This document shows positions 21,700-35,422 of a stretch of DNA of 50,157 nt, piece by piece. The stretch lies in the NCBI RefSeq assembly GCF_001194135.2, contig NC_068987.1:72676517-72726673 (forward strand), written 5' to 3'. Every line of letters begins with the position of its first letter. The first letter of the stretch is position 1. The notes beneath the pieces are model-generated. The model was not told where the DNA came from and did not search any database. It was given only the letters and a program-made list of their open reading frames with translations. The DNA is from Octopus bimaculoides. Lineage: Eukaryota. Made by a program: the position numbers and the translations under genes.

Positions 21700-22140
21700 A
21701 TAACTTGCAAGACAAAGAATCTTTGAGAGGTGAGGGGGCATTCGAGGAAGTGATCTTGTGTCAGATAATGAAAGGTTAGAGTGTGACAGAGGGACAGAAA
21801 CAGGTGTCTTGCTGTAGAGGAGGTACATGGTTACCCAGCCACAAAGAGAGTTAACATGAATGAGGACAGAAATAGGTGTGCTGCTGTAGAGGAGATACAT
21901 AGTTACCCAGCCAGAGGGAAGAGCAAGAGAAGGAGAGTGATCAAAAATGAAAGCAGAAACAGATGTGCTGCTATAAAGGAGATACATGGTTACCCAGCCA
22001 GAGGGAGAGAGAGAGAGTAGAAGACAGTATGAGTGCAAGAGAGAGATGGTGGCAAAGTACGAGGGTATACTCACAAGGAACAGGGATCAGATCATAGATA
22101 GGATGGTAGAGTAAGGAAGAGAGCGATAAACGGTGGCCAG
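21700..22140 (+). repeat. Unclassified interspersed repeat with three internal copies of GCTGTAGAGGAGATACATGGTTACCCAGCC; related reverse copy at ~30770-31070
   Basis: Internal repeats are visible; reverse-complement similarity to TACTGGGATAGCCAATATCTCCTTTATAG at 30910. Confidence 0.55.
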
Positions 22141-22539
22141 TGCTAGGGCATACACTCAAGGTATGGGGGGGGGTCATAATATATGTGGTAGGATATTGCT
22201 AAGAAGGCGGGAGTGGGGACGGGAATGCAGTCACTAGTGAGAACCTGGCTATATAGAAGGGGTGGGAAAAACAACAATGCTTGCAGTTTGGGAGAGGAGA
22301 TGTTTGGTTTGTTGGGGTAATGAAAATTTTATTGTTATGTGTAGGTGAAACTCAACACTTCTAGAACTCAGTTTCACTGATGTATGTCAGTCTTCTCTAG
22401 AACCTCGTATTGCCAGAGGCTAGAGGCTACAGGGAACCTGAGAATCTATATATTATGTTAGCACCGTGTTAATTTACCAGGAGTTACAGTAGAGTGTGGG
22501 TTATCAACAAAAGGACTAATCAAACCATTCTTTTTTGTT

Positions 22540-23345
22540 AGAACTGGGAAATTGATTTTCTCAAATACCCTGGTGGCTCATTAGAAGGGGAAACTGATTC
22601 TCTCAAATGTATAATGGCTAGAATAACAATAGGATGGAGGAAATTCAGGGAGCTTTTACCACTGTTGGCAACCAAAGGTTTCTTTCTCTGAGTGAAAGGA
22701 AGATTGCTTGATACATGTATACACATAGCAATTCTACATGGTAGTGAGATATAGACCCTGAGTGCAGAAGACACGTGAAGGCTAGAGAGGTATGAGGCTA
22801 GCACACTCGACTGGATGTGTAATGTAAATGTACATGTTTGACAGATTGTTAGTGTATTGAAAGAGAAGTTAGGCATAAGAGGGATTAGATGCAGTGTGCA
22901 AGAGAGAAGACTGCACTGATTTGGTCATGTGATGTGGATGGATGCCAACAGCTCCATAAAGACATGCTGATCTCTCAAAGCAGATGGAACATGTGGAAGA
23001 GGGAGACCGAGAAAGATATGGTATGAAGTACTGAAGGACCACCTCAGGATGCTGGACCTTTCAGATGAGATGACAAAGGACCAAGATATCTGGCATCTTG
23101 CTGTGCTCAAAAAGACCCTGGTGAAGAGGATTGGCCTGTAAGTGTTCTGCGCTGGTGCCACATAAAAGCACTTGTGTAGTGCCATAGTAAAAGCACCCAG
23201 CACACGCTGTAAAGTGGTTGGAGTTAAGAACTGTAGAAACCATGCCAAATCAGATTGGAACCTGGTGCAGCTCTCTGGCTTGTCAGCTCTGGTCAAACTG
23301 TCCAACCCATACCAGCATGTAAAATGGACTTTAATGATGATAATG
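22540..23345 (+). mobile_element. RTE-clade LINE 3' end (decayed RT C-terminus, 3' UTR, GAT tail)
   Basis: Broken frames read GWRKFRELLPLLATKG..KGRLLDTC..LHGSE..ERRLH*FGHV..GRGRPRK; continues into the common tail ending in GATGAT. Confidence 0.85.
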
Positions 23346-23349
23346 ATGT

Positions 23350-23865
23350 GACTGATTCCATTTACTTGAACCTGCTGTAACAATCTGTTATGCTGAGCAT
23401 TCAAGAGGACCTCAAATATGTGGAGTCTTATTTCCAGCAAGATGGGGCACCATAACACTACTATTGTAATAAGGGTCTACCTTGATGAGATTTTGCTAAA
23501 CAGGAAGATTGGATGAAGGGGTTCAGTTGGATACTTTGTTCATTCACAAGGCCACACCACTAGACTTTATTTTATAGGGATACTTGTAAGATAATGTTTA
23601 TGCTACAAAACTGGCTTCAGCTGAATTGAGGGCATCCATTGAACAAAAATGCACACAAATACCCAGCAAAATGTATTTTGATGTTTATGATTCATTGCTT
23701 CACATTATCAGCAGTGCCTGGCCCAGAATGGTAATCAGTTTGAAAAAAGTGTTCATAAAAAAATTAGTTTGTTGATTCCATTAAATTTTGAAAATGAAAT
23801 GTATTTTAATAAACCCTTACCTTATAATCATTCAAGGAAGTTGTGTATGCATTTCTTTGGATACC

Positions 23866-23868
<3 letters not shown>
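23350..23868 (+). mobile_element. Tc1/mariner DD41D (rosa-type) transposon, 3' fragment with TIR
   Basis: YFQQDGAP, LDF..GY; ends GGATACCCTG|TA, the reverse complement of a TIR like that at 28503. Confidence 0.8.
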
Positions 23869-23913
<45 letters not shown>

Positions 23914-24463
23914 AATTTAACATGGGTGATCGTTTTATTCTTTCTTGTCTTGAGGTTCACAGCCAAATGGCTGGGTGGATTTGTGTGAAAAATGGCACAC
24001 ATGTGGAGATGGATGCATAGATTAGAATGCGGTTTGTATTTTTTCTTAACCCCCATACTTACCAAGAAAATCGATTAAAACTTTTTCTAATGGAATTCCC
24101 CTGTTGGTTCTGCCATTAAAACAACCAGTTGCTCACACAGCCGGCATATACCATTTCGCTATCAACAAGGGAAGTACAGGATGGCAGTCAGCTAAAACTT
24201 TCGCTATGCTGTCTCTCTTCTTTCATCTCTTTGTGGGGTTAATAATCTTAATCTTTAGTTACAGTTTCTCATTCAAAGTACATAATAGGCAGAATTGTCG
24301 GATTAAGACAGTAGGGTGTTTTGAGGGAGATTTGGCTGCTATTTCTACCAGGTCTAGCTACCATGTAGAGGTCTGAACTTAATTTTCATTCACATATTTA
24401 CATTTCAAAAATTTAACAATCTTTTCCATAAATCAACTATCATAAACATATACACAAACGCAT

Positions 24464-24497
<34 letters not shown>

Positions 24498-24975
24498 CTA
24501 TTTCATATATCTTCTTTCAATTTCTGCTCTCTGCAAATAAAATTTTTATGGATACAACTGCTTACAAAAATAGGGATTAATGTGTAATTTCTTTCTATGT
24601 TCATAAGTAAATCAATGTTTTAATGATTAGACTGAGGTCCAATACAACAGCTCTTAGAAACAGACTACATACAAATTACTTCTTCACAACTCCTGAAGCT
24701 GTTTTCTGACGGGAGGTGGGGGGGGGAGTCACAAAATTTTCATACAGCTGGAGGCTCCAATCGAAACAGGGGACCCAAAATGATAAGGTTGAGAAACGCC
24801 GTTATAAATTATGCCTAACCGAAAACGATTACAACCACATCATCCAAACAGACCGGGTGAAACCGGGCTTAGCTTCTAGTATATATATATATATATATGT
24901 GTGTGTTGTTATATATAGTTATATATGAGTGCATGTATGTATAAATAAATAAATAACAACATAGATGATGTGTCA

Positions 24976-25060
24976 ATTCACTACAGCTGTTTCCAATGAA
25001 ATTTTAATTGATTATTGGAGACATAACATCATTAGAAAAAACCATTTTCATCAGGTGAAT
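24976..25060 (-). ncRNA. Type I minimal hammerhead ribozyme motif with palindromic stem III
   Basis: ATTCAC-CTGATGA-(A)AATG...CATT(G)-GAAA-CAGCTGT-A-GTGAAT: 6-bp stem I, intact core, self-complementary ACAGCTGT, GUA site. Confidence 0.75.
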
Positions 25061-25150
25061 ACATGAACCACAACATTCAAAAGTCAATGGTATGTGCACC
25101 TTCATGATTCTATGACCCTTACTGGTCTGATCAATTATATATATATAAAT

Positions 25151-25540
25151 AGGCGCAGGAGTGGCTGTGTGGTAAGTAGCTCGCTTACCAACCACATGGT
25201 TCTGGGTTCAGTCCCACTGCATAGCACCTTGGGCAAGTGTCTTCTACTATAGCTTTGGGCCGACCAAAGCCTTGTGAGTGGATTTGGTAGACCGAAACTG
25301 AAAGAAGCCCGTCGTATATATGTATATATATATATGTATATGTGTTTGTCTCCCCACCATCGGTTGACCACCGATGATGGTGTGTTTACGTCCCTGTAAC
25401 TTAGCAGTTCGGCAAAAGAGACTGATAGAATAAGTACTAGGCTTCCAAAGAATAAGTCCTGGGGTCGATTTGCTAGACTAAAGGCGGTGCTCCAGCATGG
25501 CCGCAGTCAAATGACTGAAACAAAAAAAAGAGTAAAAGAG
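25151..25540 (+). mobile_element. Near full-length tRNA-derived SINE family A
   Basis: tRNA-like head (TGGCTGTGTGGT; GGGTTCAGTCCC), CCTTGGGCAAGTG block, internal TA microsatellite, ends GACTGAAAC..GTAAAAGAG before (TA)n. Partial reverse copies at ~46100-46210, 46495-46640 and 47800-48000. Confidence 0.85.
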
Positions 25541-25564
25541 TATATATATATATATATCTTTCGT

Positions 25565-25757
25565 GCGGGTGACACGTAAAAGCACCCACTACACTCTCTG
25601 AGTGGTTGGCGTTAGGAAGGGCATCCAGCTGTAGAAACTCTGCCAAATTAGATTGAAGCCTGGTGTAGCCATCCGGTTGCACCAATCCTCAGTCAAATCG
25701 TCCAACCCATGCTAGCATGGAAAGCGGACGTTAAACGATGATGATGATGATGATGAT
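25565..25757 (+). mobile_element. RTE/SINE 3' tail, young subfamily
   Basis: Ends AGCGGACGTTAAAC(GAT)n, followed by (CATA)n. Confidence 0.85.
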
Positions 25758-26490
25758 ACACATACATACATACACACAATGTGTATCACACAGATGCACT
25801 GATAATCATATATACATTTACCTGTGAGTATGGTATATGCAAAAACTGCATTCATGTACACAAACACCAAATTTGAACGTGTCTCTAACATCTTGATGAT
25901 TGCATGACTACAGAGTTAACAATTTGTGTGTGAATGTGTCAGAGATATTCCAGTAAATGTATAACCACGCAATGAACAAAACTTTTCTATGAATGTATGA
26001 AAGAAAGACGTTTTAGCGTATATGTGATTACAAATTGAACAAAATGCTTGTGTGTGTATGTATAGTTGTATGTATTTATCTATATGTCTGTGTGTGTGTG
26101 TGTATGCATGAATAATGTTTTAGTGTATGTCTGACTACAAAAGCTACCATAAATGAAACAGCAAAAATAATGATTAGACAAAATCTCAGTTAAGAAAACA
26201 ATGTAAAGATGTTATGTCACAGAAATGCAGTGAAGCAAATAGGTTATTCTTGTAGGTCGTACAGAGTAGATATTATCGCTGAATGGTGGTAGTGTTTTTT
26301 TTTTTTTTATATTTTAAAAATATTTTTGTTGGTTTTCTCTATGTTCTTGCTAGAGGTGGTGGTGGTGGCGGTTATGTTGTCGTTGTTGTTATTGGTGTCT
26401 TCATGGTAGTTAGAAGTGTAGCTAGGACTGTGAGAGTAATATCATAGAACAGTCAGCCTACTGAAATAACCTGAATCACTACGTCAACTG

Positions 26491-26525
<35 letters not shown>

Positions 26526-27222
26526 TGTAATATAATGTAATGTTTAGCTACCTGTGTTATGGTTATCTTGTCTGATAGCATGTTGGATTAAATTCAGCTG
26601 TTGGATATCTCATTTACATTGTATTGTTATCAACAAAGGAATAACTGAAGGAATATATATATATANNNNNNNNNNNNNNNNNNNNNNNNNNNNNNNNNNN
26701 NNNNNNNNNNNNNNNNNNNNNNNNNNNNNNNNNNNNNNNNNNNNNNNNNNNNNNNNNNNNNNNNNNNNNNNNNNNNNNNNNNNNNNNNNNNNNNNNNNNN
26801 NNNNNNNNNNNNNNNNNNNNNNNNNNNNNNNNNNNNNNNNNNNNNNNNNNNNNNNNNNNNNNNNNNNNNNNNNNNNNNNNNNNNNNNNNNNNNNNNNNNN
26901 NNNNNNNNNNNNNNNNNNNNNNNNNNNNNNNNNNNNNNNNNNNNNNNNNNNNNNNNNNNNNNNNNNNNNNNNNNNNNNNNNNNNNNNNNNNNNNNNNNNN
27001 NNNNNNNNNNNNNNNNNNNNNNNNNNNNNNNNNNNNNNNNNNNNNNNNNNNNNNNNNNNNNNNNNNNNNNNNNNNNNNNNNNNNNNNNNNNNNNNNNNNN
27101 NNNNNNNNNNNNNNNNNNNNNNNNNNNNNNNNNNNNNNNNNNNNNNNNNNNNNNNNNNNNNNNNNNNNNNNNNNNNNNNNNNNNNNNNNNNNNNNNNNNN
27201 ATATTTACATACTTTAATTTAG

Positions 27223-27321
27223 TTCTCAAACCTTCAACCTCAATCAATGGATATTTTCCTTCAACTGCTATTACACTGCTACAACTACTGTGAAGATGGA
27301 CTTCTCTACCATCACATTTAT
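27223..27321 (+). CDS. Candidate host exon (FSNLQPQSMDIFLQLLLHCYNYCEDGLLYHHIY)
   Basis: Acceptor TACTTTAATTTAG, consensus donor GTAAGT, 99 nt, phase 0/0, open frame in non-repeat DNA. Confidence 0.5.
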
Positions 27322-27656
27322 GTAAGTTTGTCTTGCCTTTTTGTTTGTCTTCTTTAAAAAACAACAACATTATATAGAAATGAATATTTATGCATCTTTG
27401 TGAATTATGTATGTACTTATGCCTGTTTTTATATGTGGTGTTTTTATTTCCTGTTTTTCTTTGTGTGTGTGTGTTTAATTATTAATATGTATGTATATAT
27501 GTGTACCTTTATGTGTGTTCACTGGCTTTTGTATGTGTGTGTGTATTGTTAAATATTTCCTGGTTCCTTAAGTGCATATCTGTCTGTTGTTATATATATA
27601 TATATATATGTGTGTGTGTATGCATATATATGTGTATATATATGTATATATGCATA

Positions 27657-27701
<45 letters not shown>

Positions 27702-27708
27702 GTAGATA

Positions 27709-27862
27709 TCATCATCATCATCGTTTAACGTCCGCTTTCCATGCTGGCATGGGTTGGACGATTTGACTGAGGACTGGTGAAACCGGATGGCAACACCAAG
27801 CTCCAATCTAATTTGGCAGAGTTTCTACAGCTGGATGCCCTTCCTAACGCCAACCACTCAGA
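27709..27862 (-). mobile_element. RTE/SINE 3' tail, young subfamily
   Basis: Reverse complement of 25600-25755; (TA)n on both sides. Confidence 0.85.
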
Positions 27863-28392
27863 GGTATATATATATATATATANNNNNNNNNNNNNNNNNN
27901 NNNNNNNNNNNNNNNNNNNNNNNNNNNNNNNNNNNNNNNNNNNNNNNNNNNNNNNNNNNNNNNNNNNNNNNNNNNNNNNNNNNNNNNNNNNNNNNNNNNN
28001 NNNNNNNNNNNNNNNNNNNNNNNNNNNNNNNNNNNNNNNNNNNNNNNNNNNNNNNNNNNNNNNNNNNNNNNNNNNNNNNNNNNNNNNNNNNNNNNNNNNN
28101 NNNNNNNNNNNNNNNNNNNNNNNNNNNNNNNNNNNNNNNNNNNNNNNNNNNNNNNNNNNNNNNNNNNNNNNNNNNNNNNNNNNNNNNNNNNNNNNNNNNN
28201 NNNNNNNNNNNNNNNNNNNNNNNNNNNNNNNNNNNNNNNNNNNNNNNNNNNNNNNNNNNNNNNNNNNNNNNNNNNNNNNNNNNNNNNNNNNNNNTATATA
28301 TATATATATATATATATACTTAAATGTCGAATGATGAAATGAGTGCTCAAAACCACATTGTGGATATATAATTTCTTTATTTGCGAATTAAG

Positions 28393-28473
28393 GCTACCAT
28401 TGGTTTCATGTTAAGAGAAGTAGGAAAATATCCTAGTGTCTTAATTTTTCAAGCTGATCACATGGAGAAAGGC
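28393..28473 (+). CDS. Candidate host exon (ATIGFMLREVGKYPSVLIFQADHMEKG)
   Basis: Acceptor TTTCTTTATTTGCGAATTAAG, weak donor GTTTGT, 81 nt, phase 0/0, continues the frame of 27223-27321. Confidence 0.45.
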
Positions 28474-28502
28474 GTTTGTTTCCATTTTAGAATGCATGTA
28501 TA

Positions 28503-29640
28503 CAGGGTGTCCCAAAAATTGTATACACACTTTAAATAATTGTAAAGTAGGTGTTTATTAAAATACATTTCATTTTCAAAATTTTGTAGAATCTACACAA
28601 ATTATTTTACTGTTTTGTCAATGCCTGCTTTCAAACTGACATCTGTTTTGGTCCAAGCACTACTGACAACAGAAAGCAATGGAATCGCAAACATCACAAA
28701 ACAATTCATTTGGTATTTGTGTGCATTCTTGTTCAATGGCTGCTTTCAAATCAGCAACTGTTGCAGCTTTCATGGTGTAGACTTTGTCTTTTAGGTATCC
28801 CCATAAAAAAAAAGTCTAGTAGTGTGAGGTCTGGTGAATGCGGAGAATATTCAATGAAATCTCTTCATCCAATCCACCTGTTTGGCAAGATTTCATCAAG
28901 GAGGGATCTAACATCCCAATGGTAGTGTGGGGGGTGCCCCATCTTGCTGAAAAGAAAAATCTTCATGTTCAATGTCTTCTCTAATGCTTGGCATGACAGA
29001 CTGTTGCAGCAAGTTTAACTAAATGGGACCAGTCACAGTAGCGTCAAAAACAGAATGGTCCAATTAATCATCTTGATGATAAGTAACACCACACTGTAAC
29101 TCCTGATAAATTAACATGATGTTCCACCATAACATGCAGATTCTCGGGTCCCCAGTAGGTGCAATTGTGGTGGTTAATTGAACCATTTAATTTGAATGTG
29201 GCCTCATCATTCCACACAATCTTTGTTGGAAAGTGTGCATCTTCTACACATTTTGCCAAGTACCACTTGCAATACTGTGCACTTCAGTCTAGATCATTGT
29301 CATTAATAGCATGGGCTAATCTTGGAACGTAGCTTTTCCATTGTCAACACTTCAAAATGTGTTGGACAGACGATTTTGAAATACCTACCTCATGACTCGT
29401 TTGCCGCACAGATTTTGTGGGACTTAGGTAATACGTTTCTAGCACTCGTTTATACTTTGTAAAGGCTGTCGATGTTCGTGGTCTTCCAGAACGCTTCTCA
29501 TGGACATTTTGAACAGTTCCATCGGCTTCAAACTTATCTCTAATTCGAGTGATGGGAAGTCGCGTTGGTCGATCTGTTTGAAACTCCCTCCTAAACTGTC
29601 TTTGCAATTCAACTGCATTTTCACACCTCCAGTAGCATTT
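28503..29640 (-). mobile_element. Tc1/mariner DD41D (rosa-type) transposon, decayed, one TIR
   Basis: TA|CAGGGTGTCCCAAAA TIR; SGRPRT, WNDEATF, QQDGAPPHY...SPDLTLLD with 41 codons between the second and third Asp; stops and frameshifts present. Confidence 0.88.
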
Positions 29641-29742
29641 TAGAATGAATTTTCATTGTTAAAAGCTTAATCTGACTGCCATCATTAATTCCAATGGGTT
29701 TAATCAGGAAAGAAAAAACATCAATTGAGTTATCAGCTGCTC

Positions 29743-29865
<123 letters not shown>

Positions 29866-29879
29866 CCCTCTTTCCAAGT

Positions 29880-30540
29880 GCACATTACTAGGATGGTGAC
29901 ATAGTGCAGATGACTGGCTGGATGGATTCTGAGAATGTTCAGAACCAGACAGAAGGTAACCATGATGGTTCTCTTGAGGACATTTGTCTTCAGCTGTCTG
30001 GATTTACTGCTCCCAGCTATGGTCACCCAACACTGTAAAATTAACAACGGACCTTGATACAATCCAGTGAAGCTTCACAAAGAAGATTGTCTCATTGCAA
30101 CAGCTCAGCTACTGGGAAAGGCTGAAACAGCTAAGACTCTACTCCCTGGAGTGGAGGTGGGAGAGGTATGCAGTAATATACATCTGGAAGATCCTGAAAG
30201 GAATTGTGCCAAATTTTGGCATTAAAATCTACACAAATGCCAGAACAGGTTGACACTGCTCAGTGCCAAAGATCCCAGCAATGCCGTCATGCTTCAAGAC
30301 TAGTTACTGCAACAGTCTGGGTTTCAGGGTCCCACAGCTTTTTAATATTCTCCCAAAGAGCCTGTGGGACCTACACAAAGTGGATGTAAGTGTTTTCAAA
30401 TCAAAACTGGACCTCTTCCTGTTGAGAGTCCCAGATGAACCTACCCCGTGGCAAGCAGTGCAAATGAGGGTAGCGACATCAAACTCCCTTATTCACCAAA
30501 TTCCACATATTAGAGGAGGCTCTCAATACTCAATAATAAC
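29880..30540 (+). mobile_element. CR1-clade LINE 3' end (decayed RT C-terminus)
   Basis: Frames read YCSQLWSP, SYWERLKQLRLYSLE, YIWKIL, PQLFNILPKSL, FKSKLDLFL..VPDEP. Confidence 0.85.
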
Positions 30541-30594
30541 AGTGTAGCAAAATGGCAGTGCCCCAGCAAGGCCATAGCTCAGAGCTGAAACTAG

Positions 30595-30710
<116 letters not shown>

Positions 30711-31079
30711 ACACACATACATACATATGTAGATACACATCCCTCTCTATCCCCTCCATATTACTTATACCCCACCACTTTTCCTTGTGGGTAGGCCTCA
30801 GTATATCTTCAATACCATTTATTTCTCTCTTTCTCTTACTCTCTCATTTTCACTCAGACTCTCTACCTTTTCCCCTAACTTTATCCCACCATTCCTCTCC
30901 TTCCTTGATGTACTGGGATAGCCAATATCTCCTTTATAGTAAGAGCACTATCTCTGTCTCTCTACCATACTTGAATGTCTTGCCTGGCACACAGCCACTT
31001 CCCTTGGTTTCATTCCCTCTCTCAGCTAAGAGGTCTTCATCTTACAAGTTAGTTGGTACCCCTGCTGGTACCATGTAAA

Positions 31080-31334
31080 AAAAGTGCCTGTGCCAATGTT
31101 ATGTAAAAAGCACCAGTGTCAATGTTGCGTAAAAACATCTGTGCTGGTGCCATGTATAAAGCACCCAGTAAACTCAGCAAAATGGTTGGCGTTACAAAGG
31201 GCATCCAGCTGTAGAAACTAAGCCAAAACAGACTACTGGAGCTGCCTGATGCAGCTCTTTAGCTTGTCAGCAGTGGTCAAACCATCCACCCCATGCCAGC
31301 ATGGAAAACAGACGTTAAATGATGATGATATAAT

Positions 31335-31368
<34 letters not shown>

Positions 31369-31517
31369 CATCATCATCGTTTAACGTCTGCTTTCCATGC
31401 TAGCATGGGTTGGACGATTTGACTGAGGACTGGTGAAACCAGATGGCTGCACCATGCTCCAATCTGATTTGGCAGAGTTTCTACAGCTGGATGCCCTTCC
31501 TAACGCCAACCACTCTG
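31080..31517. mobile_element. Two RTE/SINE 3' tails, tail-to-tail around a (CA)/(TA) run
   Basis: + copy ends GTTAAATGATGATG at ~31330; - copy begins ATCATCATCGTTTAACG at ~31368. Another - tail at 31909-31990. Confidence 0.8.
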
Positions 31518-32869
31518 ATATATANNNNNNNNNNNNNNNNNNNNNNNNNNNNNNNNNNNNNNNNNNNNNNNNNNNNNNNNNNNNNNNNNNNNNNNNNNNN
31601 NNNNNNNNNNNNNNNNNNNNNNNNNNNNNNNNNNNNNNNNNNNNNNNNNNNNNNNNNNNNNNNNNNNNNNNNNNNNNNNNNNNNNNNNNNNNNNNNNNNN
31701 NNNNNNNNNNNNNNNNNNNNNNNNNNNNNNNNNNNNNNNNNNNNNNNNNNNNNNNNNNNNNNNNNNNNNNNNNNNNNNNNNNNNNNNNNNNNNNNNNNNN
31801 NNNNNNNNNNNNNNNNNNNNNNNNNNNNNNNNNNNNNNNNNNNNNNNNNNNNNNNNNNNNNNNNNNNNNNNNNNNNNNNNNNNNNNTATATATATATATA
31901 TATATATATATCATCGTCATCATTTAATGTCTGTTTTCCATGCTGGCATGGGTTGGATGGTTTGAGCACTGCTGACATGCCAAAGAGGTGCATCAGGCTG
32001 AGAAAGATTGGGCCAACACAAGGCTGTGGTAAAGATACTTGCTCAAGATGCCAGGCAGTGGAATCAAAACCAGAAGAGCATTTTTGCAAAGTGAACTATT
32101 CAATCATTTACCCACACCTGCGTCCATGTAAGTAAATAGATAAATAAATAAATTCTCAGTTTCGCACCATTAACGATAAGACTGAGAATTTCTCTGTATC
32201 TCACTGTTTTCTATCCTTTAGGATGTCTTCTAAGCGTTACCCACCATTCTTTTCTATATTTTGCTCGTTTCTTATTTTCTAATTTATTTCATCTTTGTCC
32301 ATTGTCTTAAATCACATTTATTCACTTTCGTATGTCCACTCTGTATTGTTTTGTTTTGTTTGCTCTCGGTCCTATATTCTCCGCAACTTTCGCGGGCACC
32401 ACCAGCATGGGGAATTCTGTCTTATCATTAATGTTGCGAAACTAAGTATTTCCATTTGGTTGATAACTGATGAAGAATTAGGGACCTTCTGTGTCTGTCT
32501 CCCATCCGGTTGTACACTCAGTATACATTACGTCGTTTGTGTATTTATCATACATATTTTCATTTTCCTCTCTCTCTCACACACACACACACACCTCTGG
32601 TTACGTCATTTCCGAAGATACGTCGGTCTTTTTAGAACATTAAATATCAAATACAGTATTAATTTACGTTGCCTGGTAAAACAGCAATAATGTTCATACC
32701 ATACTGTACTGTTAGTTCCGGGTTGTATCGATTGGTTACGTTCGTATTCGTCTCCGAGCAATAGAAACATATAATCTGTATAGCATATTAAAATTAATGT
32801 TAAAATACAGTATGCTTCATTGATCCCGAGCCTCGTCGTTTTACGTTGAAGAAAATGTAAGAGGCCTTT

Positions 32870-33170
32870 TCTCATTTAGATAAACGTCTTCCTCTACTTG
32901 AGGAAATGGATCCCAATGCACAACGTTTTTATGAAACTATTGAGGGGCTTGTCAAGATACTATTGTACCTTATTACCTAATCCTTGAAGAGAAGAAAAAA
33001 AAGACAATTCAAGGAACTTTAGACAAGTTCGCACAACGATCTACACCATCACAACAGGAGTCAGCTGACGATCCCCAACCATCGACATCTAGTGTGCAAT
33101 CTCCTCCTTCTCCTACACCAACTTCAACGAGTAACCGACGTCAGCCATCAGGTGGGCAACAGTACAGTAT
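32870..33170 (+). pseudogene. pogo/Tigger transposase C-terminal remnant
   Basis: LEEMDPNAQRF..PYYLILEEKKKKTIQGTLDKF resembles the Tigger C-terminus (DPN.ER...Y.EKKK...Q.TLD.F). Confidence 0.6.
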
Positions 33171-33809
33171 TTGAAATCATTCTTTCTGATATAAAAGCAG
33201 CCTAGGCTTGCCTAACAAGTTACCGAATTCGTTGGCTAACATAGAAACAACCGAGACTAGCCTAGGTTTTAATTATTATAGGTGTATACATTTAAATAAT
33301 GTATCGGAAATAATATCCGAAAAAGAAACACTCTAAAACATTCGAGCAGTTATATATGTTTTAGGAAGTTGGTTGTTATGTCTAGCCAGAGAGTGACCAT
33401 AACGATCAACTTCCTAAAATACATATACGCATGCATATATATGCACGTATGTATGTATGTATGTATATATGTATGTATGTATATGAGAGAGAGAGAGCTA
33501 GATAGTCATACATTCATATATATGTATGTATGCGTGGCACGTGCATTGAATAAGTAGGTAAGTAGGTGGCATTATCATTAATAAAATTGTCAGCAAACGG
33601 CTGTATCTCTGTGAGGCAATACGATTTCTCACGCTTACTTAAAGCATTAGGAAAGCATTTAGATTTCAATACCCGCTTCTTAATCATATACTTTCATTAG
33701 AAAAAGAAGACAACTTTGTTAAACAAAAGATTCATTTTCCTTCTAGTTTAGTTCACTGGATTAAGCTATATAAATACCAGAAGGGTATTTATATCTCTCA
33801 AATGCAGTA

Positions 33810-34950
33810 TAGTTGCCGGGGAGGATGAAATTCAGCCCGAGATATTAAAAACTATAAATAGAGAAGTTATTCCCTGGCTAACTGGTGTATGCCAGGGGAT
33901 CTGGATCTCTAGAAAGGCACCAAAGCAATGGTAATCAGAGTTGGCAATGCAATTTTATTTTAAGAGAAGACAAAAGATGAACCTTTAAGCTTTGAGAAAA
34001 GCATTAGACTACTTAGTGGCCGGTCAACCAGGTAAAACAAATTTGACCTGGTGTATTCTATGTTAGGTGTCTTGAAAAATAGCTGGAGAGACGTTGGAAC
34101 ATTGTTGGTTTCAAGCTAGTGCGGCATTCATCCTCGATGCTGCAGAGCTGGCCAGATCTTTACACTATGGCAAGTCTTCGAAAGGCCATGGGAGTATTAT
34201 CAAGAGATGCACGCTTGCATTGTTGACCTTTTACAAAAATCTTCCCTCAATATAAATTTGTGCCCACCCAGAATATTCCGAAACACCTCCAGGCACTAAA
34301 GTCTGGTGACGAGCCTGCTGCAGGACATGCTGTGGAGGTGTGTTTTTTTTTTTGCATAAGTTTGCAGTCGACTGGCAACTTCTCATTACCATGAACTCCC
34401 TGTACAAATGTCCTAATGTTTTTTGACCTTTCAATGTAGGTGTTGGACTCACTCAGGCCTGTGTATTGTCGCTTCTCCATTTCACAAACTTTGTAAGCTG
34501 GATTGATATGAGCAGCCGCGGTGGAAGTGGTATAAAGAATGGCAGATGTACAATTAATCGGCTATTTGCAGATGACATGGTACTACTTAACTCATCTGAT
34601 GATGTTCTGCAGCACTCACTAAATAAGTTTGCTGTCGAGTGTTGTAAAGCAAGAACGAAAATCAGTTTTGCGAAGCTATTGATAATCCCGAGGACGCTTG
34701 CCCCGCATGCTTTGTATTTTAGTGGCGCCACACTGATGCTGGAAAAGTTTAAGTGTACCGGCACCGTTTTTTCGAGTGATGGAAGACAGGAGGTTGAATT
34801 GGGTGCAAGAATTGTTAGTGCTAGTGCAATTATACACCAGTTTCAGGCCTCGTTATTAAGGGAGGTAAGATGAAACAGCAAAACTCGTTATCTTTGATTC
34901 TGCTTCTGTGCCTACTTTTACCTATGATCACGAATCTCGGCAGCGAAAAG
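33810..34950 (+). pseudogene. RTE-clade LINE (Expander/Rex3-like) RT, decayed
   Basis: GEDEIQPEILK..WLTGVC; CGIHPR..QIFTLWQVFERPWEY; LFADDMVLL; FKCTGTVFSSDGRQEVELGARI. A further small piece lies at ~40195-40360. Confidence 0.8.
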
Positions 34951-35422
34951 TGTGTGATCGCGAATACAACCCTTATCGTGCATGTCTATTATCAAAAGCT
35001 TAAAGCTGTTACCGTCTTGTCCTTTCGTGTAAGGGACGACATTCTCCAATGCATCCGTCTATATTTACGACAATGGGAAGTGATTTGAGAAAAATTTGAC
35101 TGATATTTCTAACAGGTTGAGCAATCGTGTAGTGCCGCCTATGTATCTGATGTTGATATTGTTAAGAATCAAATATAGAATACTAGCGCAAAAAGGTATC
35201 GAGTTTGAGGTAGAAGTGGGTCGTTGAAATTCGGAGGAAAAAATGTCCGACTAAATTACATAAACAAAACAACTATACATACATACAAAAATATCCTGTT
35301 GATGTTGTTGAAATTCCAATGAAAAAGCCTTGTATCTAGGTTAAAAACCAGCTCTTTATTGGCAAGAAATCTTCAAATAAAACTGAATAACGACATACAT
35401 ACATACATACATACATATAGTT

